From the NCBI GenBank assembly GCA_964016885.1, contig OZ024744.1:77438001-77502000 (forward strand): a stretch of 64,000 nucleotides of DNA, read 5' to 3'. Positions 13,025 to 25,940 of this stretch are shown here, in pieces. Within the stretch, counting starts at the first letter, position 1. Every line of letters starts with the position of its first letter. This DNA comes from Eledone cirrhosa. Taxonomy: Eukaryota. A program made the translations under genes and the position numbers. The notes under the pieces are model-generated. The model worked only from the letters and a program-made list of their open reading frames with translations, searched no databases and was not told where the DNA came from.

Positions 13025-14060
13025 TGTTATACTTTGGGAGGGTCATGTTGCCAATAAGAAACACCAGCACCAGTTGCTTTCACTTCAATTTATTATAATA
13101 AATTTATAATAAATTTATAAATTTATAAATTTCTGGTTGGTTGGTTGGTTGGTTCCACAACCAGATAGTTGTTTATATATTGTCAAAGTTCTTTCGTCAC
13201 ACATTCTGTGACCTCTTCAGTGACTGGGATTCTTTTCTTTGTTTTTGTGCCTCTCCTTTGTTCTGTCCTACGCCATTTTGTTTCTGTGTGTGTGTTGTGT
13301 GCTCCGTCTGCGCATGCGCCACATCCGGGTGTCTGTGTGTGTTTATATTTGTTTATTTATTTGTTTATTTACATGTTTCCGGTTGGTTGTTTGTTCTATG
13401 TGTGTTTTCATTTTGTCCTTAATTGTAAGTTGTGGTGTTGCTGTTCCACTCATATTTTCTATTTAATTTTGGTTGTAATTCTTTTTTTTATGTTTATTGC
13501 CTCTGTGATTTGTTTATTGTGATTTGTTTATTGCCTCTGTGATTTGTTTCTCTTACAACCAAAATTAAATAGAAAATATGAGTGGAACAGCAACATCACA
13601 ACTTACAATTAAGGACAAAATGAAAACACACACACACATAGAACAAACAACCAACCGGAAACATGTAAATAAACAAATAAATAAACAAATATAAACACAC
13701 ACAGACACCCGGATGTGGCGCATGCGCAGACTGAGCACACAACACACACACAGAAACAAAATGGCGTAGGACGGAACAAAGGAGAGGCACAAAAACAAAG
13801 AAAAGAATCCCCAGTCACTGAAGAGGTTACAGAATGTGTGACGAAAGAACTTTGACAATATATAAACAACTATCTGGTTGTGGAACCAACCAACCTGAAA
13901 TTTATAAATTCCTAAATTTATAAATTTATTATAATAAATTGAAGTGAAAGCAACTGGTGCGTGTGTTTCTTATTGGCAACATGACCCTCCCAAAGTATAA
14001 CAATATCGGTTTCAACACACGATTCCAGATAAAGAATCTTGCTAAACAAATTCAGAAACG

Positions 14061-14122
<62 letters not shown>

Positions 14123-14395
14123 CTTTGGGAGGGTCATGTCGCCAATAAGAATCACACGCACCAGTTGCTTTCACTTCAATTTATTATAAATTAAATTGGA
14201 AATTTAAAAATTTATAAATTTCCGGTTGGTTGGTTGGTTGGTTCCACAACCCGACGGTTGTTCATATATTGTCAAAGTTCTTTTGTCACACATTCTGTGA
14301 CCTCTTCAGTGACTGGGGATTCCCAAAGTATAACAATATCGATTTCAACACACGTTTTCAGATAAAGAATCTTGCTAAACAAATTCAGAAATGAA
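13025..14395. mobile_element. Inverted/tandem cluster of PLE pseudo-LTR copies, each carrying the hammerhead
   Basis: 13025-13515 (-) and 13553-14062 (+) match 2400-2958; rearranged third piece 14117-14395; hammerhead cores at 13182-13225(-), 13813-13856(+), 14271-14315(-). Confidence 0.9.
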
Positions 14396-14509
14396 ATATA
14401 TATATATATATATACAAAGAGTTATGAAACGAAAGGAGCTGTGTGGTTACTAAAAACAAGGTTTAGGATTGTGGTTAGGACAGAACAAGAGGAGAAAGGA
14501 AGAAAGGAG

Positions 14510-14624
14510 TTTCCAACGTCAGCTGTAAATGTTTCCCGAACTGATGTTTCGGCGCTGAATTACAGGACATCGGTGTAGTTCGGGTGCGCCCGAGGCCTTT
14601 ATTAATCAAAAGGCCAGGTGGAAA
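14510..14624 (-). ncRNA. Non-circularly permuted hammerhead-like RNA, family 2 copy E
   Basis: Minus: TTTCCA cct GGCCTTT/AAAGGCC tcg GGCGC a CCCGAACT acacc GATGT C CTGTAA ttca GCGCC GAAACATC AGTTCGGG aaacat TTACAG CTGACGT TGGAAA. Confidence 0.75.
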
Positions 14625-14990
14625 AGGAGAGAGAAAGAGAGAAAAAAGGGGAGAAAAAAAGGAGAGAAAAAAGAAAAGAGAGGGAAAGAAGGAAGAACAG
14701 GGGAGAAAAAGATGAGGAGAGAGGAAGAAAAGGGGAAGGGGAAAAGGGGAAAAAATAGGAAAGGAATAGGAGAAAAAAAGTGTACGAGTGCCATCGTAAG
14801 AAGACACAGGTGAAAGAAACATGCAAAAAAGTAACTGTGAAAAAATAGGGAAAGTAAGTTGTGGCCAACCTGGGAGACTTTAGCCTGGTGGTCAGCTACG
14901 ACTCAGAGCTGGTATAATCGTGCTGCCTCTCACAGAGACAGGAGAAAGTGAGAGAGAGAGACACGGGAAAAAATACATATACATATATAT

Positions 14991-15183
14991 GGCCGAGGGA
15001 AAGGCAATGGCCGATACAGCTTGGCACCAGTGACGTCGCAACTCTACAGCTGAGTAAACTGGAGCAACGCGAAATAAAGTGTCTTGCTCAGGAATACAAC
15101 ACATCACCCGGTCCAATAATCGAACTCATAACCTCACGATTGTAAGCCCGACGCCTAACTACTAGGCCAGGTGCCTTATACAC

Positions 15184-15218
<35 letters not shown>

Positions 15219-15345
15219 TCTTGGACCGGGTGATGTGTTGTATTCCTGAGCAAGACACTTTATTTCGCGTTGCTCCAGTTTACTTAGCTGTAGAGTTGCG
15301 ACGTCACTGGTGCCAAGCTGTATCGGCCATTGCCTTTCCCTCGGC
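14991..15345. mobile_element. tRNA-derived SINE (second family) as an inverted pair
   Basis: 14991-15180 (-) has cctggcctagtagttagg / gagttcgattattggaccgg boxes; 15221-15346 (+) is its mirror. Confidence 0.75.
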
Positions 15346-15628
15346 CACTGCCTTTCCTCGATGGCGGGGAGAGGGGAGACTGGTATGCATGGGCGACTAC
15401 TGGTCTTTCACAAACAACTTTACCCCGTCTTGTGCCCCGGAGGGGAACTCTCTAGGTGTAAATACCATGATTTCATTAGAATTACCGTAACGAAAGAGTT
15501 AATTGAAGGCATCAGTAAAAGCAGAGCAAAGGTGTTGTGGGTGATATTGTGGTAGATTGGCAGCTTTGATTACATTTCTTCTTTACTTCCTTGGGGAGTG
15601 TTCATTTGTTGCTTTCTCTCTGTTTAGC

Positions 15629-15659
<31 letters not shown>

Positions 15660-15703
15660 TGTATGGAGGGAGGGAGGGAGGGAGGGAGGGAGGGAGGGAG
15701 GGA

Positions 15704-16100
15704 GGGATTGTTTTTTGCCATGTTATAACAATTAAACAAATCATTATTAGGTTCGCAACTCCAAGAGAAATGCGATTTATAATTTCGCTTTCTTCTGTAG
15801 CTACAACTGAATAACGTTTGTTTACCTTCCTTGTTATTTGTCTTCGGTACTTCCTTAATTTTGTTTTTGATGTTGTGTTCAGCAATGCTGTTTGTAGCAA
15901 ATCCTTGTAAAATGAATTATGTATTTAGTCGGATATCTCTACGAATTCGAATAAAAGGTGTCTTCAGAAGATATAGTTAGAAGAATAACCAGTTATTCAA
16001 CATGACTGTAGTTGTGGCATTACTGTCGGAGATAGTATTCATCTTAAATTTAATAAATAGTCTCCCACGCCAAAATATGTGACTGATCGCGTTGACTGAA
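15704..16100 (-). mobile_element. 5' fragment of the R4/Dong-like element
   Basis: Reverse complement matches 42927-43330; starts after atacata, like the long copy. Confidence 0.85.
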
Positions 16101-16214
16101 TATGTATGTATCTTAAACTGAAAACGGTTACATGTACCTCTTGACCAGTATTGAACCCAAGGACAGGATCTCCAACGTCTCTAGTACCTACCGCTAGGCC
16201 ACCGATGACAATGT

Positions 16215-16580
16215 TGCTAGATTGGGTTGTTGTTTTTCGCCGCTTTACAGTCATATATGAGCATTATCTTGGCCAAACTCCATTCCTATATCCTTTGAGA
16301 ACGTTGTAACCAGGTCAAGATTTTTCTTCATCCCATCCATGTTCTTGGCATAGAGTTTCAGGTCATCCACAAAGAAATTATGGGTTAGGTTCGTATTTCT
16401 GACCTCCTGTGAGCCAATGATGTATCCTTCACATTTCTTGAGAACAATGGACAAGGGGTTTAATGACAGGATGAATAATAACACAGAGAGACTGTCTCCC
16501 TGAAATATACCCCTGTGATATTTTATTTTATCAGTGAAAATAGAGTCCTCCTTCTCTGTCTTTAACTTTAGGATAGTACT
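16215..16580 (-). mobile_element. RT fragment of the R4/Dong-like element
   Basis: GIFQGDSLS..LSLNPLS..HNFFVDDLKLY matches 45165-45530. Confidence 0.9.
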
Positions 16581-16665
16581 TTATGTATGTGTATGTACGT
16601 ATGTATGTATGTATGTATGTATGTATGTATGTATGTATGTATGTATGTATGTATGTATGTATGTA

Positions 16666-16728
<63 letters not shown>

Positions 16729-16747
16729 ATGTATGTATGTATGTATG

Positions 16748-17475
16748 TTCTTCTGGTTTTATAATTTCACAAATGTTTGCCAATAGGGAGAGGGTCGGTT
16801 TCTAACATAGTTACAAGACTCTCTCATTGGAATTTACACATCAACTAGGTAGATATGTATGGATGTCTGCATGCATGCATGTGTGTGCAGGTATGGATGT
16901 TATTGTATGTGTGGATGTTTTGAGTTGTATCTGTGCATGTGTATATGCTTTGTATCTGTACATGTATATATGCAGTTATTAGATGCAACATTTTTGGAAT
17001 GTTTTACATATTTTTACTGATCCATTAATGGATTGTACTTGTAGTTTCCTAACTAGTTGTGTTCTTTCTGTTTCTGTGAAGTCCAGCTTCTCAAGATGTG
17101 TATTGAAGCAGTTACTAACATACCCCAGTGCCGCAGTAATCACAGGCATAAATCTGAAGATATAGTCAGGGTAGAGTATCTATAGATTTCTTATTAGTTC
17201 TGCATAAATATTCTACTTTTCGCTAACCTTCGATATTATATTGGCATCTGCTGGGCAGCTAACTTCCACTACCATTATATGTGTTTTTACTGGAACATTC
17301 CACCAGTACTCTTTCATATTATGTATATGTATGTCTTCCACATTGCTGTAACTTTTAATGTGTTTATTATCGGGGCTATCTTTTCTACGGATTGCATTGT
17401 ACAGTGTTTTGGCCACTACATCATGCCTCATAGGTAGATAGTACCGCGATGACATCTTTGGACAGCTGCTTATGA
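16748..17475 (-). mobile_element. 5'-truncated 3' copy of the R4/Dong-like element flanked by (TACA)n
   Basis: HIISSCPKMSSRYYLPMRHDVVAK (CCHC region), VVEVSCPAD; 3' end aaattataaaaccagaa followed by (CATA)n. Confidence 0.88.
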
Positions 17476-19042
17476 TATGTATGTATGTGTGTATGTATGT
17501 ATGTTTATGTGTGCGCGTGAGTCTGAGTGAATGCATATATACTTATGCAGTTGTATCTTCTGTATTTGTGTGTGTGTCTGAATTGGTTTATTTTTGTTAT
17601 TGTGTTATCGTTTTTTATTTTTTTTTTTATTACTTTAATTATTCCTATAAATAAGGAACTGGTTTTCTTCTACAGAAGAAATAAAAAAAAAACAATGGTT
17701 CAGATTTAGATAACAATTGTGGACTGTCACTTGTTGAACTTTAGGAAAATCTTGCACATTTTTTTTTACTGTTCCGCTTACAGATTATACTAACAAAGTG
17801 CGATTAGCTGGTAAATATCTTTGCCTAAAATGCCGGGGTTTTGGAGTTTTTTTCTTTTCGTTTTCTTTCTAGGTTGTTACTTCAACATTTACTAACATAA
17901 CCGTGTTAAATTTATAATCTGGGTTGAGAAGCTATATATATTTACAAATAATTGTTTCTTTTTCTTATTTTTTTTTATTATATTTTATTTTGTTTTTATT
18001 TTATTTTATTTTATTTTATTTTATTTTATTTGTTTATTTGTTTATATATTTATTTTATTTTATTTGTTTATTTGTTTATTTGTTTATTTGTTTATTTGTT
18101 TATATATTTATTTATTTATTTCTAAAAGAAATGTTCACATCCGCAGGGCAGCTGTCCTCTACGATGTCTGTTAGCTGAGTAGAGAGAACATAAACCAACC
18201 AACCTACAGTACAATGCTAAAAAACTGTAGTTTACACTAAAGATTTAATTTATCTTGTTTGCCTTAAGTCAATTAGTATAATGAACATTTCCTGTCGCTT
18301 TGAAAAGAAAGAAACACTGTTTAAAATTGTACAAACTACGTTAATACGTCATCTTATCCTTTATCTCTCAAACTCACAACACTTTATCGATATTTCTAAT
18401 CCCCCCCCTCTCCCTCTCCCTCTTTCTCGTCCTCTCTCTCTCTCTCTTTCCATCTCCTAAACTCCCCTCCTCCTCCTTCCCCTCCTCTTCTTTCTTCTTT
18501 TTCTTCTTCTTCTTCTTCTTCTCGTTCTTCTTCCCCCTCCTCCTCCTTCTCCTCATCGTCGTCATCATCATCATCATCATCAACATCATCATCATCACCA
18601 TCATCACCATCATCATACTTATTACCTCTACAGTATCATGATCATTATCATTATTTTCTCCTCTTTACTCGGCATTTCGTTATTCCTCTGTCGGTATTCG
18701 GATTACTAGATATCAAACTGTATCTTGCAGCCTTAGGTATATCTAACACCTTTCGTTTAGTAGTTCTTGCTATGTCAAGCTTAACAATCCTTTTTTAATG
18801 TCAGAAAATTCTCTTCTATATCCTTCTATATCCTTCTATATCCTTCTATATCCTTCTATATCCGTCATTGAAACTTCTATTACAATGGGATGATAATAAC
18901 TTTACAGCAATTCCATGGTTGTTTTCAAAGACGCATTCCAGTTTATGATCATACAGTTTCTTCACATGTTCAAATTAAACTTTTTGTTTACACATTTGCC
19001 AATGTAAGATTGTGTCAACATTGTCGTCATATCTTTAGTTCT

Positions 19043-19656
19043 TGTAATGTTTTCGAACAAGAATCTTACATTCAGAGACCACATGTGCCACAATATTTTT
19101 GAGCAAGAATCTTACATTCAGAGACCACATGTAGCACCAATGTTTTTGAGCAAGAGTTTTACATTCAGAGACTACATGTGCCATTAATGTTTTTGAGCGA
19201 TAATCTGATATTCAGAGACCACATGTGGCACCAATGTTTTTGAGCAACAATCTTACATTCAGAGACCACATATGCCACCAATGTTTTTGAGCAAGAATCT
19301 GACATTCAGAGACCACATGTGGCACCAATGTTTTTGAGCAAGAATCTTGCATTCAGAGACCACATGTGCTACCAATGTTTTTGAGCAAGAATCTTACATT
19401 CAGAGATTACATGTGGCACCAATGTTTTTGAACAAGAATGTTACATTCAGAGACCACATGTGGCATCAAGGTTTTTGAGCAAGAATGTTACATTCAGAGA
19501 CCACATGTAGCACCATTGTTTTTGAGCAAGAATGTTACATTCAGAGACCACATGTAGCACCAATGTATTTGAGCAAGAATCTTACATTCAGAGACTACAT
19601 GTGCCATCAATGTTTTTGAGCAAGAATTTAACATTCAGAGACCACATGTAGCACCA
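19043..19656. repeat. Minisatellite, 46-47-bp unit, about 13 copies
   Basis: Unit gagcaagaatcttacattcagagaccacatgtggcaccaatgttttt repeated head-to-tail with no unique spacers. Confidence 0.95.
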
Positions 19657-20012
19657 TCTCTTCTTTTTCACTACATATTCTGCATGCAACAGAAATGTCT
19701 TTATCGATATCTTATTGATAAAATAAAGTACCGGTAACGCACTGGGGTTAGTTTGATCAACTTTTCCCTCCCCCAAAATTGCTGGCCTTGTGCCTATAAT
19801 AGAAATCATTATTCTACCTGAATAAAGAAAGCGTTACGCCGCGGATAGAGGGGGAGACGCGCTGAAATTGCCCGTCCATCTCACGATGCGTGGGGGAGGG
19901 GGAGTGCACTCCAGCAGGAGGCTAACTCGGTCCCGATAACAGTGAGTAACAGGGTAGTGATTCGAGAACTCAAGTCTCCAGAAGTCTCTGCCGCTTATTA
20001 TCAAGTAAAATA

Positions 20013-20307
20013 CAGTGTAACCCCCGACATTCGCGAACCTAGCTAATAATTGTTCGTAGAAACCACCGCATATTCGCGGAATCGTAAAAATCTTCCGCGC
20101 TTTTTTTAATGTTTTTTTTCGTGGCTTTTAATGCTAAATTATTAATAACAATATACTGTATTTGCTGGCCTATTGGACGCCACTTATATTTTACGTTATA
20201 TTTTGAAGTTTATAGACATTTTTATGGACCACGTCCAATATTCGCGGGTTTTCACTCTTCGCGTGTGCTCTAGGAATGTAAACCCCGCGAATACCGGGGG
20301 ACAACTG
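20013..20307. mobile_element. Tigger/pogo-like MITE
   Basis: TA|CAGTgtaaCCCCCGacATTCGCG ... CGCGAATacCGGGGGacaACTG|TA. Confidence 0.75.
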
Positions 20308-20691
20308 TACATTGAATCCAGGAAAGAAAACACGTCACAAGCATACTTTAAAAAATGAGTGATTTAATAGTCGTTTTTTGTTTGTTTGCTTTGTTTTTAT
20401 TTCAATGTTTTGAGATAATAAATATTATTTATTTTTATTAATTTTATTTCAATGTTTTGAGATAATAAATATTATTTATTTTTATTAATTTTATTTATTG
20501 TATTTACATTCGTGTAATGTCATAGTTCATAGTTTTTTAAAATATAAAATTAAAAAGTGAATTGTAAAATATTTTATCGTAAAAAATGCAATTGTCTTTT
20601 GTCGCTATGAAAACGGAATAGGAAGGGAAATGCATGTATGCATGTATTTGTGTATATATGTATATGTGTATGTATGTATGTATATATGTAT

Positions 20692-21297
20692 AGGTCACCA
20701 GTTGGGTCTACTGGTAACATGTATCACAGTACAACCTGTCCCATGATCGGGTCGTTGGCGACTAAACTGGCAACCCCACCAAGGTTGCTTGGTGAGGAGG
20801 GTGACTTTGGACATCCTGCAGGACTAAAAACAAAACCTGTCAAAGGGCAAAGAGCTCTTAAGAGTCAATGGCCATCCAAAATCACCGGGAGAAATGACCC
20901 CTTAGCCTTTGTCAAGGCAGAATTCTAGGAGAAGGAAAACTCTGATATAACACCTGCAACTCTGATGGTATCCAATGATGTTGACTTGTTCTTCTTTTTG
21001 GTAAATATCATCTTGGTTAAGAGAGTGGGGCTGGCTTTGTGCAGTGCCTTTGCTCACTATAAAAGCTTCACGGCACAGGCATTGCTTTATATCTGGAGAT
21101 CTCTCTGCACTTATCGTCACATGGTACCATGGGACCAGCACTATGTGTCAATAATTGTCACAAGTGTAGTGTTTGTGCCGGAGTTTTCGAGTCGCTGGCT
21201 GGACTGGGGGGTCACACTCGTTCAGCGCATCGGTAGGGGTTCTCCTACATGGATATAAAGTAGTGGCCGTACTCGAAAACGAGTTTGCAGCCACCAT
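20692..21297 (+). mobile_element. Bipartite non-autonomous RTE-derived retroposon (~600 bp, (TGTA)n tail)
   Basis: ctaggagaaggaaaactctgata (RTE-type 5' UTR motif) joined to a C2H2-coding 3' end and ctcgaaaacgag hairpin; flanked by (TATG)n. Confidence 0.75.
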
Positions 21298-21326
21298 GTA
21301 TGTATGTATGTATATATGTATGTATA

Positions 21327-21560
21327 TTCTGGTTTTATAATTTCACAAATTTATACCAATAGAGAGAGAGTCGGTTTCTAACATAGACACAAGACTCTCT
21401 CATTGGAATTTACACAACATCAACTAGGTAGATATGTATGCATGTCTGCATGTGTAGATATGGATGTTATTGTATGTGTGGATGTGGATGTTTTGAGTTG
21501 TATGTGTGCATGTGTATATGCTTTGTATCTGTACATGTGTATATGCAGTTATTAGATGCA
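21327..21560 (-). mobile_element. 3' end of the R4/Dong-like element inserted in the TATG tail of the preceding element
   Basis: Reverse complement matches 46640-46847. Confidence 0.85.
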
Positions 21561-22024
21561 GATGTATGAACGCATGTATGTGTGTGTGTATGCATGTATG
21601 TGTGTGTATGCATGTATGTTTGTATATATATATATATGTGTGCGTGTACATATGTATGTTTGTATGTATCTGTGTATGTTTGTATGTGTATGTATGTACG
21701 TACGTATGTATGTATCTGTGTATGTGTGTATGTATGTATGTTTGTCTGTCTGTATATATGTGTGCGTGTGTGTGTGTATATATATATGTATGTATCTATC
21801 TGTGTATGTATGTATGTTTATATGTATGGGTATGTATGTTTGTATGTATGTATGTATGTATGCATGTTATCTCTTTCTCTTAATTTCGAGTATATTTTGT
21901 TTGACCGGCCACCTTCCTGGTGGCAAGGTTGTAAAAGAAAAGAAATTGTCATCCCTTGAATCGCAAGAATGTTTTGCAAATTTTGAAGGTGCCATATGTA
22001 TGTATGTATATATGTATGTATGTC

Positions 22025-22877
22025 AGGTCACCAGTTGGTGCTACTGGTAACATGTATCCCAGTACAACCTGTCTCATGGTCGGGTCGTTGGCGACTAAAC
22101 TGGCAACCCCACCAAGGTTTCTTGGCGAGGAGGGTGACTTTGGACATCCTGCAGGACTAAAAACAAAACCTGTCAAAGGGCAAAGGAGTTCTTAAGCGAC
22201 TATGACCATCCAAAATCACCGGGAGTGTTGACCGCTTAGCCTTTGTCAAGGCAGAATTCTAGGAGAAGGAAAACTCTGATATAACACCTGCAACCCTGAT
22301 GGTATCCAATGATGTTGACTTGTTCTTCTTTTTGGTAAATATCATCTTGGTTAAGAGAGTGGGACTGGATTTGTGCAGTGCCTTTGCTCACTATAAAAGC
22401 TTCACGGCACAAGCATTGCTTTATATCTGGAGATCTCTTTGCACCTGTCGTCACATGGTACCATGGGCCTAGCACTGTGTCAATGATTATCACAAGTGTA
22501 GTGTTTGTACCAGAGTTTTCAAGTCGCTGGCTGGACTAAAAAGTCACACTCGTTCAGCGCATCGGTAGGGGTTTTCCTACATGGATATAAAGTAGTGGCT
22601 GTACTCGAAAACGAATTGGCAGCCACCATGTATGTATGTTTGTTTGTATGAATGTATATATGTATATATATGTATATCTGGAGATCTCTCTACACTTGTC
22701 GTCACATGGTACCATGGGCCCAGCACTATGTGTCAATAATTGTCACAAGTGTAGTGTTTGTACCAGAGTTTTCAAGTCGCTGGCTGGACTAAAAAGTCAC
22801 ACTCGTTCAGCGCATTGGTAGGGGTTCTCCATGGATATAAAGTAGTGGCCGTACTCGAAAACGAGTTGGCAGCCACC
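22025..22877 (+). mobile_element. Bipartite RTE-derived element plus tandem 3'-only copy
   Basis: 22025-22628 full; 22678-22877 encodes HKCSVCTRVFKSLAGLKSHTRSAH (C2H2 finger typical of the RTE ORF2 C-terminus). Confidence 0.8.
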
Positions 22878-23039
22878 ATGTATGTATGTATGTATGTATA
22901 TATGTATGTATGTTTGTTTGTATGAATGTATATATGTATATATGTATGTTTGTTTGTATGTATGTATATTATATACCATTACCAATATATACATAGCATT
23001 TATGAATGTCCTAAACTATTAAAAGAAAAAAAGACTAAC

Positions 23040-23800
23040 TGCTTCAATTACGTGGTTAAACGGACGGTGCACGACTCGACTGAAACAAGCCTGAAACATT
23101 CGAAAGGTCCATCGATGTTACTGCAAAAGCAAAGCGGGCCTTCAGGAGAAAAACACGTTTGTAGAACCACATTTCTCTGCCGAAAATAAGTTATACGAAC
23201 ACTGTACTCTAGCAGATACCTCTCCTTCAGTCTTGGTGCCACCAGTTCTGCTTTATCTTTTGAGAGGGATAGGTCTCTGACAAGGTTATTCAGTTCTATT
23301 TGGGAAAATTTCTGAGGTCCAAAGCTATCGTCATCAGCCACATAATCTTCCTCAGCAGCACTATCGTGACAGTCAGCATCATCATCTGATGTTTCAATAC
23401 CATCATTTGGTGGAACTGGAATTGGCAGACTTCCATTGTGAGGCACAGGTCTCATTGCAGAATACAAATAGGATACACAATTTTGTGTTTATTCTTCATA
23501 GAAAATCCTGTGACATTTACTTTGCAAAAATAACAGTCATTAAAATGGTCTTTCGGCTCCTTCCATATCATTGGAATAACAAAAGGCATGGACTTCTTCT
23601 TAACGAACCTCTCATGTAAGCCATTTGAGCAAGCTGAGCAGATAAAATGTGGTGCCCATAACTTGTCCTGATCTCAAAGAAGACAGTGAAAGTATAGCTT
23701 ATAAATCTTCTTGATCTCTGGTGTTATTGTACGTTTTTGAGTTTTCACAATAAATTGTCCACAGACAGAACAAAACACTTCAGGTCGATTTCTACACTGT
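23040..23800 (-). pseudogene. DNA-transposon-associated (transposase-like) gene remnant, N-terminal part
   Basis: Minus-strand FCSVCGQF..DQDKLWAPHFICSAC..MPFVIPMIWKEPKDHFNDCYFC..SAMRPVPH..ELNNLVRDLSLSKDKAEL, a Cys-rich motif series I recognise from invertebrate transposon proteins; stops/frameshifts present; superfamily not assigned. Confidence 0.7.
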
Positions 23801-24206
23801 CTTGACATTGTTAACACTAAAACAAGTAAGGAAATAGATACAAACGGTTATACTTATATTGAATTTGAGATGATGAAATATTTCATCAGACCAATTATGA
23901 CTGGACAATTTGAGTTGTGTTGACGTACCTATTTCATCAGACAAAACTTGATTGTTTAATTTAAGATGATGAAATATTGCATCTGAACTATGCAGCAATG
24001 AATAATGTAGTTTATTTTAAAGGTATGTTTCCATGATGTAAATGAAATACAAGCATACCCGTCATTAATTGGAATGTCTATATAATGTTAGGTAGGTAAC
24101 ATATTAAAATCTAACGAGAACCTCAAATATAGATACCTGTAATTATCCCCTATAATTGTGTGATGTGTTTATTTTATATATATATCAATCGATTTTTAAT
24201 TTAATG

Positions 24207-24288
<82 letters not shown>

Positions 24289-24369
24289 AATTAGCCAACA
24301 CACACAAAACCAAATAACAATACCACACGCGCTATCTTTAACACACTGTATACTTCCACAAATACATAA

Positions 24370-24461
<92 letters not shown>

Positions 24462-24783
24462 TCACGGTTTGCTTCCTTCCGAATTGGAGTCTGGGAATAC
24501 GCTATCTTAATGCGTCCTTCCCATACCTCCTGCACAGGTTGCAGGCCCATCGGTAGTTTTTACAGAAAGAAATTGTGACTGCAATATATTTTTCGAACAG
24601 GTCCCTCTACTTAAGGCCTGAACGCGTCCTTTGTTAATCCACACGGTAGACGATGGGGTATGATTCTTTTTGTCATCTCCCACCATATTGCAGTTTTCGT
24701 GGTCTTATTCATGCCAGTCACCAATCTGGTACTTTCTCACATCTGCGCACAAAAACATAGGTGTGCGGGTTTGCACATATATG

Positions 24784-24881
<98 letters not shown>

Positions 24882-25021
24882 TACATATAAACATATATAA
24901 AGTCATAGATATATATGTGTATATATATGGAAACGGTATATATTTTATCTGGTGATTCTATAGGCATGTTTTATGATATATATATATATGAGTGTGTGTA
25001 TGTGTGTGTGTACGTGCGTGC

Positions 25022-25055
<34 letters not shown>

Positions 25056-25380
25056 ATGTGTGTGTGCATGTGTATGTGTGTGTATGTATATATATATATA
25101 TATACATACACACACATATATATATATCCAGGAAAAACTTGAACCGTTAAGATCTTCTTCCTGGATATGTCAATATTTATAAAACAGACTTTGTATTTTA
25201 TCTGATGAGAGCGTACCAAAGTTTTAAATATATATATAATAGAATAATATGGTTTTATAAATATAGTTTCCATTTATTTAATATCATTGAATATTATACT
25301 CCAGAAATATGTCGAGTGCTTCGAATCAGTTATAAACATATATATTTGTTGAATTACCAACAAATTAAATATCCCTTTTG

Positions 25381-25444
<64 letters not shown>

Positions 25445-25703
25445 CATATATATGTATTCAGACTTGAAGGGGGTCATTCAGATTGGCAACTGCTGCCTCT
25501 GGCCGCCTTCGGGTCTTAAACGTTTCTCTCTACTCTTCAGCCCCTTGGATTGTGTCTACCATTATTATATTCCTTTATTAGATAACGTTCGTAATGCCTG
25601 ATGATGTCACCGGGTTCCTACAGAGCCCGGTCATTGAAATGTGCATTGTGTTTGTAATAAATCTTTAAGGAATTTCACCAGTCTAACCTCCTGTCATTTT
25701 ACT

Positions 25704-25773
<70 letters not shown>

Positions 25774-25847
25774 ATTATAAGAAACGAAACGAGCTGTGTG
25801 GTTACTGTAAACAAACTTTAAGATGGTAATATGGACGAAACAAGAGA

Positions 25848-25940
25848 AGAAATCCTTCATCAACTGTAAACCGAGATCATAGATGTTTCGGCGCTTAATA
25901 CAGGACATCTAAAAGAGATCAGCGGCGCGCCCAAGGCCTT
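25848..25940 (-). ncRNA. Non-circularly permuted hammerhead-like RNA, family 2 copy F
   Basis: Minus: AAGGCC ttg GGCGC g CCGctGATC..AGATGT C CTGTA ttaa GCGCC GAAACATCT at GATCtCGG tt TACAG TTGATGA; downstream sequence shared with copy E up to (TA)n. Confidence 0.72.

Noticed and set aside
19043-19656. CRISPR-like regular repeat
   Set aside because: Units are contiguous with no unique spacers, the context is eukaryotic, and there are no cas genes.
22025-22110. HDV-like or twister ribozyme at the 5' end of the RTE-derived element
   Set aside because: P4- and J4/2-like pieces are present, but I could not build P1/P3/P1.1 or a twister core.
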